Shown here: piece after piece, positions 38,215 to 52,504 of the stretch
Layout of the letters: every line of letters starts with the position of its first letter
How positions within the stretch are numbered: the first letter of the stretch is position 1
Assembly: GCA_035221665.1 (NCBI GenBank)
Contig: CM069145.1
Location: 57,040,001-57,104,000 of the forward strand
DNA length: 64,000 nucleotides
Direction of reading: 5' to 3'
DNA from: Okamejei kenojei
Taxonomy: Eukaryota
The notes under the pieces: generated by a model
The model's database searches: none
What the model saw: only the letters and a program-made list of their open reading frames with translations
What the model was told of the DNA's origin: nothing
Made by a program: the position numbers and the translations under genes

Positions 38215-39129
38215 GTAACATTGACTTGCATAGAACGTAGTGTACGTAGAATAGAACGGCACAAGAACAGGCATTTCGACCCACAATGTCTTTTCCTCCG
38301 CATGGTTGATATCCTTCCATTCCCTGCATATTCACGTGCCTCACCATTAGCCTCTTAAATGCTATGATCGTGCATGCATCCATTTTGGTGGAAAATAAAT
38401 TGCCCCGCTAATCTTTAAACGTTGTCCCTCCCGCCTTTAAGGTACGCCCTCTAGACTTTGACATTTCCACCCTGAGAAAATTGTTCTGATTGTCTGCCCT
38501 ATCGATGTCTCCTGTCATTTTATATACTTCTATCAAGCCTCCCCACAGCCTCCGACACTCCACCGTAAACAATCCAGATTTTGTGAGCGAGAAGCATATG
38601 GGTAATAGGGTGGAAGTAGAACAAGGGAAAATTAGAGAAAATATGGGCACATGGATCCAGGTGGAATGAGGAGAGGGTGAATGAGGAGACAGGCTGGAAG
38701 CTCTTAAGCTGGGACACAGAGGTAACAAAAGCTGGAATCTGATAAATAAGGAAAGTGATATTTTGAGAAAATAAATGAGTGAAATTCCAAGAAGGTGGAT
38801 TTGCCTGGCATTTTGCACTGGATAAGTCCTCTACTCAAAAAAAAAAGGTTTGGAAGTCAGGGCCAATATTATAGATGTACGACTGATACCGGTAAAATTA
38901 ATTATGGTTCCAAATTTTGGTAGGGATGGGAAAGTTAGGGACAGCTCAGTCGGGGCTGCTTGAATTCTTCCATGTATCAATTTCGACTGCAATGTTAAAA
39001 TGTAGAAGTGTGTATCTTTTTCTTGGAGCCACAAAGATGACGAGGAGACTGATTCAGGTGTGGGAAATCAAGTTTGGTTTAGGCAGAGCAAATACAGGGC
39101 GTTTCCACCACTCACAGTCGGGCGTGAGA

Positions 39130-39446
39130 GTTTAGTTTAGTTTAGTTTAGTTTAGTTTAGAGATAGAGCGCGGAAACAGGCCCTTCGGCCCACCGGGTCC
39201 GCGCCGTCCAGCGATCCCCGCACATTAACACTATCCTACACACACTAGGGACAATTTTTTTTTTACATTTACCGAGCCAATTAACCCATATACCTGTACG
39301 TCTTTGGAGTGTGGGAGGAAACCGAAGATCTCGGAGAAAACCCACACAGGTCACGGGGAGAACGTACAAACTCCGTACAGACACCACCAGTGGTCGGCGT
39401 TGCATTCGCTGTAAGGCAGCAACTCTGCTGCTGCGTCACCGTGCTG
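39130..39446 (-). mobile_element. tRNA-derived SINE with (ctaaa)n tail
   Basis: (gttta)n on + strand followed by the reverse complement of the SINE body. Confidence 0.88.
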
Positions 39447-39547
39447 TATTTTATGCAGAGAATTGTATGACCTAGAACTCTCTCTCCAAAGGGGGTGTGG
39501 AAACAGAATTATTCAGGAACCTGACATTCAGTGTTCTGTCGTTTCAG

Positions 39548-39556
39548 GTGAATTAA
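39548..39556 (+). CDS. IgNAR: IgNAR TM2 exon coding part (V-N-stop; cytoplasmic tail KVN)
   Basis: Branch-like ctgac (39521), gttctgtcgtttcag| acceptor, then GTG AAT TAA, paralleling the K|VK* TM2 of IgM. Confidence 0.8.
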   Translation: MN

Positions 39557-39790
39557 TTGACGCGGAACCCAAAGGCATCTCTTGTTTATACATGAGTGGC
39601 GCCACAAGTCAGATGGTGACCGCAGACACATCGTGGTTCCCTCCCGCACCGTTAACTACCGGACAATTTCAACTCCGTTGCAATAACATCCACGAAACGA
39701 GACCAACTTTGGTTCCCTTCTCCCATCGGTTTCATTCCTATTTCTGCGTCGTTAATCGCTGATGTTGGATAGATTTCCATAAATTCTAGC

Positions 39791-39796
39791 AATAAA
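39791..39796 (+). terminator. Candidate poly(A) signal of the membrane-form mRNA
   Basis: First AATAAA after the TM2 stop (~235 nt), followed by T-rich sequence. Confidence 0.6.
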
Positions 39797-42700
39797 TACA
39801 TTGATTGTTACTTCGCTCTCTGCTTTCTTACAATATTCCACGAGAGTCTGTATTACCCCGTTCGGTGACTGAGATAAGTGACTGAAATTTCGCAAAACAT
39901 TTTTCGCGCTAATACATAAGCTGTTGCAAAATAATGTAAGCTCTATAAACGACTTTCGGTAACACATCTCTAGTGAAATATCTATGCTCCAATGATGAAA
40001 TTGTCTTTTATTTTGTTTACGTAAGTACTAAATGCTTCGCTGGATTATTAAGCGTGTGACCTTTTTTCGAATCAATTGGTCCTCAATGTAATTATAATGG
40101 CTAGACGAGATAATTTTGTGGGGCTGAAACTGATTATGGCAAAGTGTCTTTACATAGAAACATAGAAACATAGAACATAGAAACATAGAACATAGAAATT
40201 AGGTGCAGGAGTAGGCCATTCAAGCCTGCACCGGCATGCTGGAACAAGGGCCACATCCAACTCACTCTTAAATATAGCCAATGAACTGGCCTCAACTACC
40301 CTCTGTGGCAGAGAGTTCCAGAGACTCACCACTCTCTGTGTGATCCTTAAGCACCCCTTGTCCTGTGGCATCTAGCCTGTCAACCCCCTATAAGATCCCC
40401 TCTTAATCCAGAGAGTATAAACCAAGTCTATCCAGCAGAAGACATCCCAGGAACGTCTTCTTGGCGTTCAGTGATGGAAAGTCGAGTTTACCGGATATTC
40501 AAGATGAATTCACAGACAAAGTATACAGGTCTTGCAATGCATTATGTGTTTTCCGTGTAGCTTTTTTGTTAGGTATGTGATGACGTTGTCGCTGAAAATG
40601 GCATTGTGAACATTCCTACCATGTTTGTCGGCAGCAGAAGTCGCGTCAAAGGCTTCGATGTTCTCTGAATTCACAGGAATCGGAGGATGTGAAGTGATCG
40701 CGGCATTCACTGTGGAGAAAGAGTGCATTCTTTAACTCGAAATTCTTGAGCAAAACACCAAGTCCTGAAGTAACTTAACGGGTCGGGTAAACTCAGTGGA
40801 GGACGTGCATAGCAACGTTTCGGGTCGGGCCCTTCTTTAGACTCAGTCTGATGCAGTTAACTGTCCATTCCATCCATGGATGCTGCCTGACGCTGAGTTG
40901 CTGCAGGGCGGTGTGTTTCGCTAAGTCTACATTAGTGCATTGTCTTTGGTCAAATCCCATCGCCTAGAATCTAGCTGTAAAGATATGCCTTGCCCTGCTC
41001 CCTGTTTACACTGATAATCCACTTTGATTCTGGAATGCCCGCATTTCCTGCTCAATTGCGATCACATTCACATCAATGAATTTAACGAGGTTATTCGAAA
41101 ATTCGGAATATGCGGATGTCCAGAGTGTAGTGCATTTGTTGAATCACCCAGAGAGTTGTGAATTTATGGAATTCCCTGCCACAGAGGGCAGTGGAGGCCA
41201 AATCACTGGATGGATTTAAGAGAGAGTTGGATAGAGCTTTAGGGGCTAGTGGAGGCAAGGGATATGGGGAGACGGCAGGCATGGATTATTGATAGCGGCT
41301 TATCAGCCATGATCACAATGTATGGCGGTGCTGGCTCGAAGAGCCGAATGGCCTCCTCCTGCACCTATTTTCTATGTTTCTATTCGAGTTACAAGGAACT
41401 GCAGGTCTTAGAATCTTGAGCAAAACACACCAAGTCCTGAAGTAACCCAGCGGGACGGGTAGCATTTGTGGAGAGTATGGATTGGCGACGTATCGGGTCG
41501 GGACCCTTCTTGAGACTCAGTCTGATGCAGTCACCTATGCATTCCTTCCACAGATGCTGCCTGACCCGTCGAGTTATTTCAGGACGTTGTGATTTAATAA
41601 TTCAACTTTAGTTCATTGGCATCATCTTATTTAGCACAAACCATCATAGATTTTGCCGTCGACAGAATTTGTGGTAATGCTCTGGAGGCCTGAATGTCAA
41701 GGGGATTAGTGTCTAAAGGTTTTCTCGCGGGAAAACAAATGTTCTCAACAGTAGATTAGATACCCAACTGTGCTTAAAATTGTACTTTTTTATTACTTGT
41801 AGTTACTGTTAAAATGTCAGCAGATAATTCAATAAAATGACCTATTCGCTTTTTTAAGTGAAAATGCTGATGTAAATGTCATGTGTTTCTTCTCTGACTA
41901 CAATTTAAAATACCTTTTACTTTCTTCCAATGCATATTAGCAAAAATCAAAGCAGCATGTTGCGAAAGGGAAAGGTAGGGGTTCAATTCAGACAAACAGT
42001 TGTAATTCTGCATCCTTTAAAAATGCTACTGACTTTCAATGCAGATATTTCCTGGAAGATTGGGTGTGTTATTGAAATAACTCCGAACATTAAACCGATT
42101 AAATGAATTGTCATGATAATTATTTGAAAATATTTAAAGTGTGCGGCCTCAGCAAGAACATTAATCGTTCTGATTCAATTATTTATCCATTACTATCGAA
42201 TAAATGCTATTGGTAACTTTCCTAACGGCTACTTTAAATCAATTCAAGTGCATAAAGGAAGATTATTCTTTATTGAAGTTAGAGTTAATGAACAGCCGCT
42301 GGATGTTAAACTAAATAAATTGCTAATTGCGACACTGCCCGTAGTTTAACTTCTTTCAGAATTCTTCCTTTGTTACATGATTTGGTATTTGAGGAATTCC
42401 ATCAATATAATGGAAGAAGGGTCTCGACCCGAAACGTCGCCTATTTCCTTCGCTGCATAGATGCTGCTTCACCCGCTGAGTTTCTCCAGCATTTTTATCT
42501 ACCATGAACATGATTGCTCTGATTGCTCTGAAAGTGTGCACGCCAAGATCACAGTCGGAACATTTCTGCCCGTAAATCTTAAAATGAGCAAAGGAACTGG
42601 CATAGAAAGTAACGGTGCATATGTACACATGATTCACACATTTGGTCATAACATGAGGTAGCAGAGTTTAATGTGCGAAATATTCTGCAACCCAGAAACA

Positions 42701-44520
42701 TAAACACTTGCAGTATGTTACAGACAGAGACTGGTAAGATGATGGGGAAAACTAAGAATGGGGAGAGCATTTCATCACTGGCGAAAATTGGAGAAGTGTT
42801 CAAATAGGAGCCAACGAAAGGACGAATTTTCAGGACGAGGCCAAATGATACATAGAGGAGATTTGGTGGTCAAAGTTATAGTGATAAAGTGGGGATGTGG
42901 CAACGTGGTTGGATGGCGGTGATTAATGGTCTTAGATCTCAATCGGCGCTGGGACGCTTTATGTTCTTAATCTGCTGGGCTGATTTGAATGCAGATGTAG
43001 TGTAAAAAAGCGCCATAGAGTTATACATCATCTAAAAACATGCCCTTCCGGCCATCTCATTCATATTAGACAAAATGCTGACCTGTGTACGGTTAATTTG
43101 GCCCTTATCTCTCAAAACCCATCCTACACGTACATTTGTTCAAATGTATTTTAAAATTTGTAATTGTTCCCAACTCCCCTCCTTCAACTGGTAGCCCCTG
43201 CTACATATCGACCATGCTCTGCCAAAATATATTATTCCTCGGCCTCGTAGAACACAAAGTCTGGAGTCATTCAGCGGGTGAGGAGAACGTGGATAGGCGA
43301 CGTGTCGGGTCGGGAGCCATCTTCTGATGATTGTAGTTCAGGAAATAAAGCTGGAAAAGAGGTGCAGTTGGCTCAAAGCCTGGCAAGTGGCGGGGGGGGG
43401 GGGGTGATTGATATTTGGGTGAACAAATGCTGGAGATAAAAAGGGGATAAAGAGTGATGAAAGGAGACAAAAGGTAGACAAAGGGCCAAAAATGTTTCAA
43501 AAAGGAGAGAAGACGACTAACATGGAGTGAAACATAAATCCAGAGGGAGGGGCATGTGTAGAAAGGGATGGGGGTGGGGAGGAATCTCCGCAGGCAACTT
43601 TTTCACACACAGAGTAGTGGATACAATATGTGGAACGAGCTGCCAGAGGAAGTAGTTGCGCCATGTACAATAACAACATTTTAAAAATACTTATGCAGGA
43701 TAGGATATTTTCAGAGAGATGTGGGCTAAGTACGGGCAAATAGCCTGGGGCATCTTGGTCGGTATCAAAGAATTAGGCTGAAGTGTCTGTTTCCGTGCTG
43801 TAAGACTCCATGACTCTAGATTTCCCCAGCCAACGTTTACCAGATCATGTGTTTCAGAAGGAACTGCAGATGCTGGAAAATGGAAGGTAGACAAAAGTAC
43901 TGGAGAAACACAGCGGGTGCTGCAGCATCTATGGAGCGAAGGAAATAGGTAACGTTTCGGGCCGAACCCCTTCTTCAGACCGGTTTTGTAGTCAATGCCT
44001 ACTATGTTCGGTTGTGCTGAAGCAAAGCAAGAATTTCATTGTCCTATAAGGTACACATGACAATAAACTCACTTTAACTTGAACTTGAACTTTACCAGAT
44101 CATGTCTAATTCCAATTAATTTGATCTTTCCCCAATCTGAGAGCTTTGTTCCTGGTTCCTCCCTAACATTTTCCAAAAATCATTTGAAATGTATAGATTT
44201 ATTATCACTATTTCCATAATGCTTCCCCATTGCCACGCCCTCTACGTGACCGGCTATATGCCCTATGTTAAAATCCAAAAATGTTATTTCTCTCGTTAGT
44301 CTGTCTGCAAAGTGTACCAAATAGCTCTGCTCAGCAAACCTCAAGCACTTCGCTCCACTCAGCCCTTCCCGTTATCCCAACCCTACGTATACTGGAAAAA
44401 TTCAAATCTCCTTGCTCTACAGTATAAGTCCATCTTTCTGTCATTTCGCTGCAATTTGCCTCCATATCATTTATTCTATCTATTTTCGACTGTAAGTGAT
44501 CAGTAATGCACCCATGTCAA

Positions 44521-45585
44521 ACATAGAAACATAGAAACATAGAAAATAGGTGCAGGAGTAGCCCATTCGGCCCTTCGAGCCTGCACCGCCATTCAATATG
44601 ATAATGGCTGATCATCCAACTCAGTATCCTGTACCTGCCTTCTCTCCATACCCCCTGATCCCTTCAGCCACAAGGGCCACATCTAACTCCCTCTTAAATA
44701 CAGCCAATGAACTGGCCTCAACTACCTTCTGTGGCAGAGAATTCCAGAGATTCGCCACTCTCTGTGTGAAAAAAGTGTTTCTCATCTCGGTCCTAAAAGA
44801 TTTCCCCCTTATCCTTGAACTGTGACCCCTTGTTCTGGACTACCCCAACATCGGGAACAATCTTCCTGCATCTAGCCTGTCCAACCCCTTAAGAATTTTG
44901 TAAGTTTCTATAAGATCCCCCCTCAATCTTCTAAATTATAGTGAGTACAAGCCGAGTCTATCCAGTCTTTCCTCATATGAAAGTCCTGACATCCCAGGAA
45001 TCAGCCTGGTGAACCTTCCATGTACTCCCTCTACGGCAAGAATGTCTGTCCTCAGATTTGGATACCAAAACTGTACGCAATACTCACCAAGACCCTGTAC
45101 AACTGCAGCTGAACGTCCCTGCTCCTATACTCAAATCCTCTTGCTATGAATGCTAACATACCATTCGCTTTCTTCGCCTGCTGCACCTGCATGCCTACTT
45201 TCAAAGACTGGTGTACCATGACACCCAGGTCTCGTTGCATCTCCCCTTTTCCTAATCGGCCACCATTCAGATTATAGTCTACTTTCCTGTTTTTGCCACC
45301 AAAGTGGATAACCTCACATTTATCCACATTATACTGCATCTTCCATGAATTTGCCCACTCACCCAGCCTATCCAAGTCACCTTGTAGCCTCCTAGCACAC
45401 TCCTCACAGCTATCATTGCCCCCCCAGCTTCGTGTCATCCGCAAACTTGAAGATATTGCATTCAATTCCCTCATCCAAATCATTAATATATATTCTAAAT
45501 AGCTGGGGTCCAGCACTGAGCCTTGCGATACCCCACTAGTCACTACCTGCCATTCCGAAAATGACCCGTTTACTCCTACTCTTTG
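44521..45585 (-). mobile_element. CR1 LINE 3' portion
   Basis: (acatagaa)n tail on + strand; ORF 45052-45612 has LQGDLDRLGEW, KCEVIHFG, RDLGVMV. Confidence 0.93.
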
Positions 45586-47107
45586 TAATAATACTGTGAC
45601 GATACACTGCAAAGTGATGATACTCGTTTATTTCATAATCTCTACACAAATTCATTGATTTGAGGGGCCTTCTTGGATATACACCCTCAATGCTGAATTG
45701 ATGCATTCCCCAATTAACAATGTACTGGCACTTCATCTTTTGCATCTTCGTCTCTCACATGAACATCCGATATGACAGATATTGAGATTGCCCGGTGATG
45801 GCAACTATATCATAGCCCCATGTTTCAGTTAAAGTATTGCATTTTCCTACCTTTCCTGTTAGACGCGTTGAGTTCGATGCTATTTAGCTTTGTATTGCCC
45901 TCATCCACCTGTTCTGCCTATTGAACAAACTAACCTTGTCTCCTTTACGTAACTGTCTCTCCACATTCAGACATCTACCCCGAGCCCCACTGCCCTGTTA
46001 TTGGTGTACACAGAATGCTGCACGGTTATCCACGTTTTAACTGGAAACCCAATTTTTCGATTTGTTCGTATCAGCCTTGTCTGCCAAGGTAAAATATTGT
46101 TGCTCCTCAGCGGTTTGGTAGCAGAGGGATTGTGCGAGCAGGAGGCGATGTCCTTGGGTGAGATTAACAGGGATTAGTTGAGCGTGAGTTTTGTAGGAAT
46201 GTGATTGAGTAACTTTGAATATTTTTTCTCCAGTAGGGGGTGTGGCAAGAACGACCCTCTCGTAGACATTGAATAAGAACAACATGGTACCTTCGTTGGT
46301 TTTAAAGTCGGTGACATTGGGAGATGGAGCAAAGCAATTTCGAGAGAATAATTGTAGCGAGATACAAAAAGAATGTGGAAAACAGTGTATAAGGACTGAG
46401 TTGAGGAGGTACGAAAGAAAGCTGATTGACTATAGTATGTACAGAACTAATTTAAGGAAAGTTTCGTTTCCGGTCTAACACTGGAAATCTCACATTGACA
46501 ACAGAAGAATTTGAATTTATCATCTAAATACGACCGGATGTTGTTTTAAAGTAAACTTTACAAGAATGTAAATAGACAATAGACACTAGACGCAGGAGTA
46601 GGCCATTCGACCCTTCCAGCCAGCACCGCCATTCACTGTAATTATGGCTGATCATCCACATGTTCCCGCCTTCTCCCCATATCCCTTGACTCCACTATCT
46701 TTAAGAGCTCTATGTAACTCTCTCTTGAAAGCATCCAGAGAATTGGCCTCCACTGCCTTCTGAGGCAGATAATTCCACAGACTCGCAACTCTCTGTGTGA
46801 AACATGTAGATGTATAGATGTATATACTCATACTACTGCGCAATTACTTGTTTATTCGTAAGTTCGCCCTTCGGAGATACCAACTGCATTTCGTTGTCTC
46901 TGTATTTTACACTACACAATGACAATTAAAGATTGAATTGAATTGAATTGAATTGAAATCGTTTTTCCTCGTCTACGTTCTAAATGGCCTACCCCTTATT
47001 CTTAAACGGTGGTACCTGGTTCTGGACTCCCCCAAAATCGGGAACATGTTTCCTGCCTCTAGTGTGTCCAATTCCTTAATAATCTTATATGTTCCAATAA
47101 GATCCCT

Positions 47108-47805
47108 TCTATTTACAATATACATCAATGATTTGGATGAAGGGATTCAAAATAACATTAGCAAATTTGCAGATGACACAAAGCTGGGTGGCAATGTGAA
47201 CTGTGAAGAGGGTGCTATGAGAATGCAAGGTGACTTGGACAGGTTGGGGGAGTGGGCAGAGGCATGGCAGATGAAGTTTAATGCGGATAAATGTGAGGTC
47301 ATCCACTTTGGTAGTAGAAACAGGAAGGCAGATTACTAGCTAAATGGCATCAAGTAGGAAAAAGGGGAAGTACAACGGGATCTGGGGGTCCTTGTACATC
47401 AGTCTATGAAAGTAAGCATGCAGGTACAGCAGGCAGTGAAGAGAGCGAATAGCATGTTGGCATTTATAACAAGAGGAATCGAATATAGGAGCAAAGAGGT
47501 CCTTCAGCAGTTGTACATAGCTCTAGTAAGACCACACCTGGAGTATTATGTGCAGTTTTGGTCCCCTAATTTGAGGAAGGACATTCTTGCTATTGAGGGA
47601 GTGCGGCGTAGGTCTACAAGGTTCATTCCCGGGATGGCGGGAGTGTCATATGGTGAGAGAATGGAGTAGTTGGGCTTGTACACTCTGTAGTTTAGAAGAA
47701 TGAGAGGAGATCTCATTGAAACATATAAGACTGTTAAGGGCTTGGACATGCTAGAGGCAGGAAACAGGTTCCCGATGTTGGGGGAGTCCAGAACCAGGGG
47801 CCACA
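47108..47805 (+). mobile_element. CR1 internal fragment at the duplication junction
   Basis: LFTIYINDL, KFADDTK, VRPHLEY; abuts a minus-strand CR1 3' piece (46572-47107). Confidence 0.9.
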
Positions 47806-50800
47806 ATTCTGCGTCCTTTAAAAATGCTACTGACGTTCAATGCAGATATTTTCTGGAAGATTGGGTGTGTTATTGAAATAACTCCGATTTTTTAAGTGTC
47901 CGGCCTTAACAAGAACACTAATCGTACTGGTTCAATTATTTATCCATTACTATCGAATAAATGCTACTGGTAACTTGCTTAACGACTACTTTAAATCAAT
48001 TCAATTGCATAAAGGAAGATTATACTTTATTGAAGTTAGAGTTACTGAACAGCCGCTGGGTGTTAAACTAAGTAAATTGCTGAAAGGTCTAATGACAATA
48101 AAGGATATTTCAATTCAACTAAGTAAATTGCTAACTGCGACACTGCCCGTAGTTTAAAAAAGGAGGGAGAGAGAAAACGGGGATTTACAGACCAGTTAGT
48201 CTAACATCGGTAGTGGAGAAACTGCTTGAGTCAGTTATTAAAGATGGGATAGCAGTACATTTGGAAAGTGGTGAAATCATTAGACAAAGTCAGCACGGAT
48301 TTACGAAAGGTAAATCATGTCTGACGAATCTTATAGAATTTTTTGAGGATGTAACTAGCAGAGTGGATAAGGGAGAACCAGTGTATGTGTTATATCTCAA
48401 CCCTCCACCCCACTGAGCCCTTCCCATTAACCCAATCCTACGTAATACTGGAACAATTGAAATCTCCTCGCTCTACAGTATGTCCACATTTCTCACATTT
48501 CGCTGTAATGCCTTCATTAATGAGATTAACAGGGATTGGTCATGGAAGAAGACCGAAAAAACCCGACGGGAAACGAGTGGGTGAAGTGAGCGCGAGTTTT
48601 GTAGGAATGTGATTGGGTAAGTTTGAAGATTTTTTTCACCAGTAGGTGGTGTGGCAAGAATGACCCTCTCGTAGACATTGCATTAGAACAACATGGTAAC
48701 TTCGTTGGTTTTAAAGTCGGTGACATTGGGAGATGGAGGAAAGCGATTTTGAGAGAACAATCGTAGCGAGGTACAAAAAGAATGTGGGGAACGGTGTATA
48801 AGGACTGAGTTGAGGAGTTACGAAAGAAAGCTCATTGACAATAGTATGGACAGAACTAATTTCAGGAACGTTTCGTTTCCAGTCTAAGACTGGGAATCTT
48901 ACGATAACAACAGAAAAAATTGAATTAATCATCTAAATACGACCGGATGTTGTTTTAAAGTAAACTTTACTAGAATGTAAATAGACAATAGACAATAGGC
49001 GCAGGAGTACGCCATTCGACCCTTCGAACCAGCACCGCCATTCACTGTGATCATGGCTGATCATCCACAATCAGTGCCCTGTTCCTGCCTTCTCCACAAA
49101 TCCCTTGACTCAGCTATCTTTAAGAGCTCTATCTAACGCTCTCTTGAAAGCATCCAGAGAATTGGCCTGCACTCCCTTCAGAGGCAGATAATTCCACAGA
49201 CTCGCAACTCTCTGGGTGAAACCATTTTTCCTGCGTTCTAAATGTCTTACCCGTTATTCTTAAACGGTGGTCGCTGGTTCTGGACTCCCCCAACATCGGG
49301 AACACGTTTCCTGCCTCTAGCGTGTACAATCCCTTAATAATCTTATATGTTCCAATAAGATCCCCTCTCATCCTTCAAGCACGAAGAAAAATATTGGACT
49401 ATGGTTAACAAAAAAAACTGCCCTGTTTCAGTCGTTTCGTTCAAGAGGCATGTTTGCATTACATCTTCTGTCTAGTGTATATGCTCCAGCCATAGAGCAG
49501 AAGGATCTAGGTGTACAACTAAGCAATTCCCTGAAATCTATGTCACTTCAGACAGCATAATGAAGAACGCTTTCGGTACATTGGCCTTAATCGGAATTTT
49601 GTATAAAGAGTGGGACGTTATGTTACAGTTGTACAAGATGATGGCGAAACTTCTTTTGGAGTACTATGTCCACCCTACTATCGGAAGGATGTCATTAAAC
49701 TGTGAAGTGTGCAGATGGACAGGGTAGACAGGGTAGGTCTTTATTCCGTTAGCGTAGGAGTCCGAGGGGGATCTAATACATGTTTGTAATATAATGATGA
49801 TAATATATAGGGTGAATGGACAGAGTCCTTTCCCAACGATCGGGCACTCAATGGTGGCGGGAAGGAGCTGCCACGGGAGGTAGTTGAGGCAAGTTCTAAA
49901 ACAGCAGTTAAAAGACACTTGGACAGATTCATGGATGGAATGGAAGGGGGTAGCAGGATATGTGCCAAATGCAGGAAAATGGGACTGCCTTAGATGGGGC
50001 GTCTTGACGACACGAACAATTTGGGATGGACATGTTTCCGAACTGTATAACTCTATTGTGATACAGTAGAGTTTTGGCCTTAACAACAATACAATTATAT
50101 TCCACGCGTTAGAAAGAATATTATCTGATTTAGTTGCTTGCCCTTCAGAAGTGTTGCAATATTACCATTGCTTAATTTCAAAAAGCGCCAGTACCTGGTG
50201 GAAACAAATTTCAGTTTGTGAAGATAGACACTAAAAGCTGGAGTAACTCAGAAGGATAGGCAACATCTCTGGAGAGAAGGAATGTGTGACGTTTCGCGTC
50301 GAGACCCTTTGTGAAGTCATGTTACCGCCACCTAATGCTCATGCGCTGGTATTGCAATACAGCGTTTATTCATCCACTTACCGCCATCCTGTGCTCATGC
50401 GCCGGTATTGCAAAACAGCGTTCATTTATCACAGTTTCTGTATAAACGTTATTTCATCCACATCAATAAATGTATCTTTAAAATGCTCCGTGTAATTAAT
50501 ACACATTCTGCCAAACCTCAGAAAGGGCAAATGATGATGCATATATGGAACGAGCTGCCAAGGGAGGTATTCGAGGCAGGTACGATAATAACATTTAACA
50601 GCCATTTGGACAGATACATAGATAGGAGACTTCAGAGGGATACGGGCTAAACGTCGGCAAGGGAGACTAGTGCAGATGACGTATCTTGGGCGCCATGGGC
50701 TGGTATGGTCGAGGGCCCGTTTCCGTGCTCTATGATTCTATGGCAACAAACTAATTGCAGATAGACACAAAATGCTGAAGTAATTCAGCGTTATAGGCTG

Positions 50801-52504
50801 CATCTCTGGAGCCTTGGCGTTAGATGCTTCGGAACGAAACACTTCTTCCGACTGAGAGTCAGGGGAGAGGGAATGTATAGATATGGAAGGGGACAAAGAA
50901 CATGTAAGGTGCGAAAAGGACTGATCAAGGCAGACGATGATCAATGAAATGTACAACGGTTCATTGTTGGCTGAGGGGAACGAGCCATACTTAAGCAGTA
51001 AAGATAATCAGGAGGACGGTCAAACTAGTAGGAGGACTAGGATGGGGAAGAGACGGAGAGACAGGGAAAGCAACGGTTACTTCTAGTTAGATAAATCAAT
51101 ATTCATATTCATGCCCAAGCTAAATATGAAGTGCTGTTCCTCCAATTCGTGTTTAGCCTCACTGACAGTGGAGGAGGCCCAGGACGGAAAGGTCCAGTAT
51201 GTTCTGTCTATCTTCGGTGTAAATCAGCATCTGCAGTTTCTTACTACAATCTCCTCGTATTGTACAGTTTCCAATCCCGATATTATTCCCCCGATTCTGC
51301 CCAATAATCCCCCAGGGGTTACATCGTCGTGAATGAAACAGAACCTCGACAACCAGCAACAATTGTTCACCGATTTCAGATGCAGCCCGAACTGCCGATA
51401 TTGTTTTTAGTTGCTGCTATATTTTAATTTAGTATTTTCAGCTTTGAGTTTCGACAGATAGGTAGAAAGACAGACAGGCAGACAGACTACCCACGTACAA
51501 TCTTTCGCAGGCAGTGGAAATAAACTGAGCTAAAATGTACTGTAGTTGCTTATTTCTTCCAACATTGTAGGGTGATTTTGCATCCACCCTCTACTGCCCC
51601 TCTCGTACTTTGATCGCCACTTTCATTCTGACTTCATTAAATCCTCGGGAATCACGAAATGATCAGCCTGTGATCTCGAGAAATGTTAAAACTTCCCACA
51701 CACATACACACACTACAGTCCCGACTCTGACTCCACTTCTATGTAAATTAAGATTTTTTTACCTGTTTCCCGAAAAGTCGTTGCGAATCTCACTAAAGCA
51801 GAGACACAAGATTTATTTTACTTCATTGCCCATTAATGCTCTTCATAAATCCAGTCAAATGACAAGGCAAAATGCATCACAGGCGTTTCCAACCTTCCCA
51901 GAACGTTTAATACAAAGTATGTTACTCAGAGTAACTTGGGCCGTATTTGTGGAGGGGATGGACAGGCAACGCTTTGGGCCGGGACACCTCTTCATAATCG
52001 TTCGATGTCCCTTCAGTGTTCCACCATAAAGTGCTTGCCATAATGTTCTTTGCATTCGCATCCGCTTCCTTGCTGCCTTTCGTAATTCAACGAATATATT
52101 TCCATGGAGAAAGGTGTGCAGCCACGACCGCTTCCCGTCTAACTGCTGCGTTGGAGTGTACCAGTCAAGAACGATCAATCGCCATTCCATACTTTGCGAT
52201 ATGTGACGCTCAATTTGAAATTATTCCGCTCAGTTCATTGGCCACGCTTTCAATTTGTTACCTCGCTGAAGATCGCGCACAAGACTCAGCAGGGTCGACT
52301 TTATGCTCCACCCCAGCGACGTGACACGCCCATCTGTCGATGCTGGCAACGAGAAATAGAGAGTGAAGAGTTTATTGGAATTTCCGTTTGATTCAACGTG
52401 TATTTAACTTAATGGGCGACAAGCAGTCGTTACGAACGCCCCACTGAATATTCTTGATGGTATGAACTTAAAATCATGAGACAATCACCGCAACCTTTTC
52501 AACT

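Larger units (their letters stand above)
42004..49370 (+). repeat. Local direct segmental duplication (blocks A, B, C repeated as A', B', C')
   Basis: A 42004-42349 ~ A' 47805-48157; B ~44352-44463 ~ B' ~48403-48513; C ~46159-47107 ~ C' ~48521-49370, matched by eye. Confidence 0.85.

Noticed and set aside
41783-41974. Alternative TM2/cytoplasmic exon candidates (ttgtag|LLLKCQQIIQ*, attag|QKSKQHVAKGK)
   Set aside because: 39548 has a better acceptor, the expected V-x-stop pattern and a following poly(A) signal; these have no homology support.
52016-52324. ORF with a signal-peptide-like N-terminus
   Set aside because: Starts at GTG, has no recognisable domain or exon context, and overlaps a repeat remnant.
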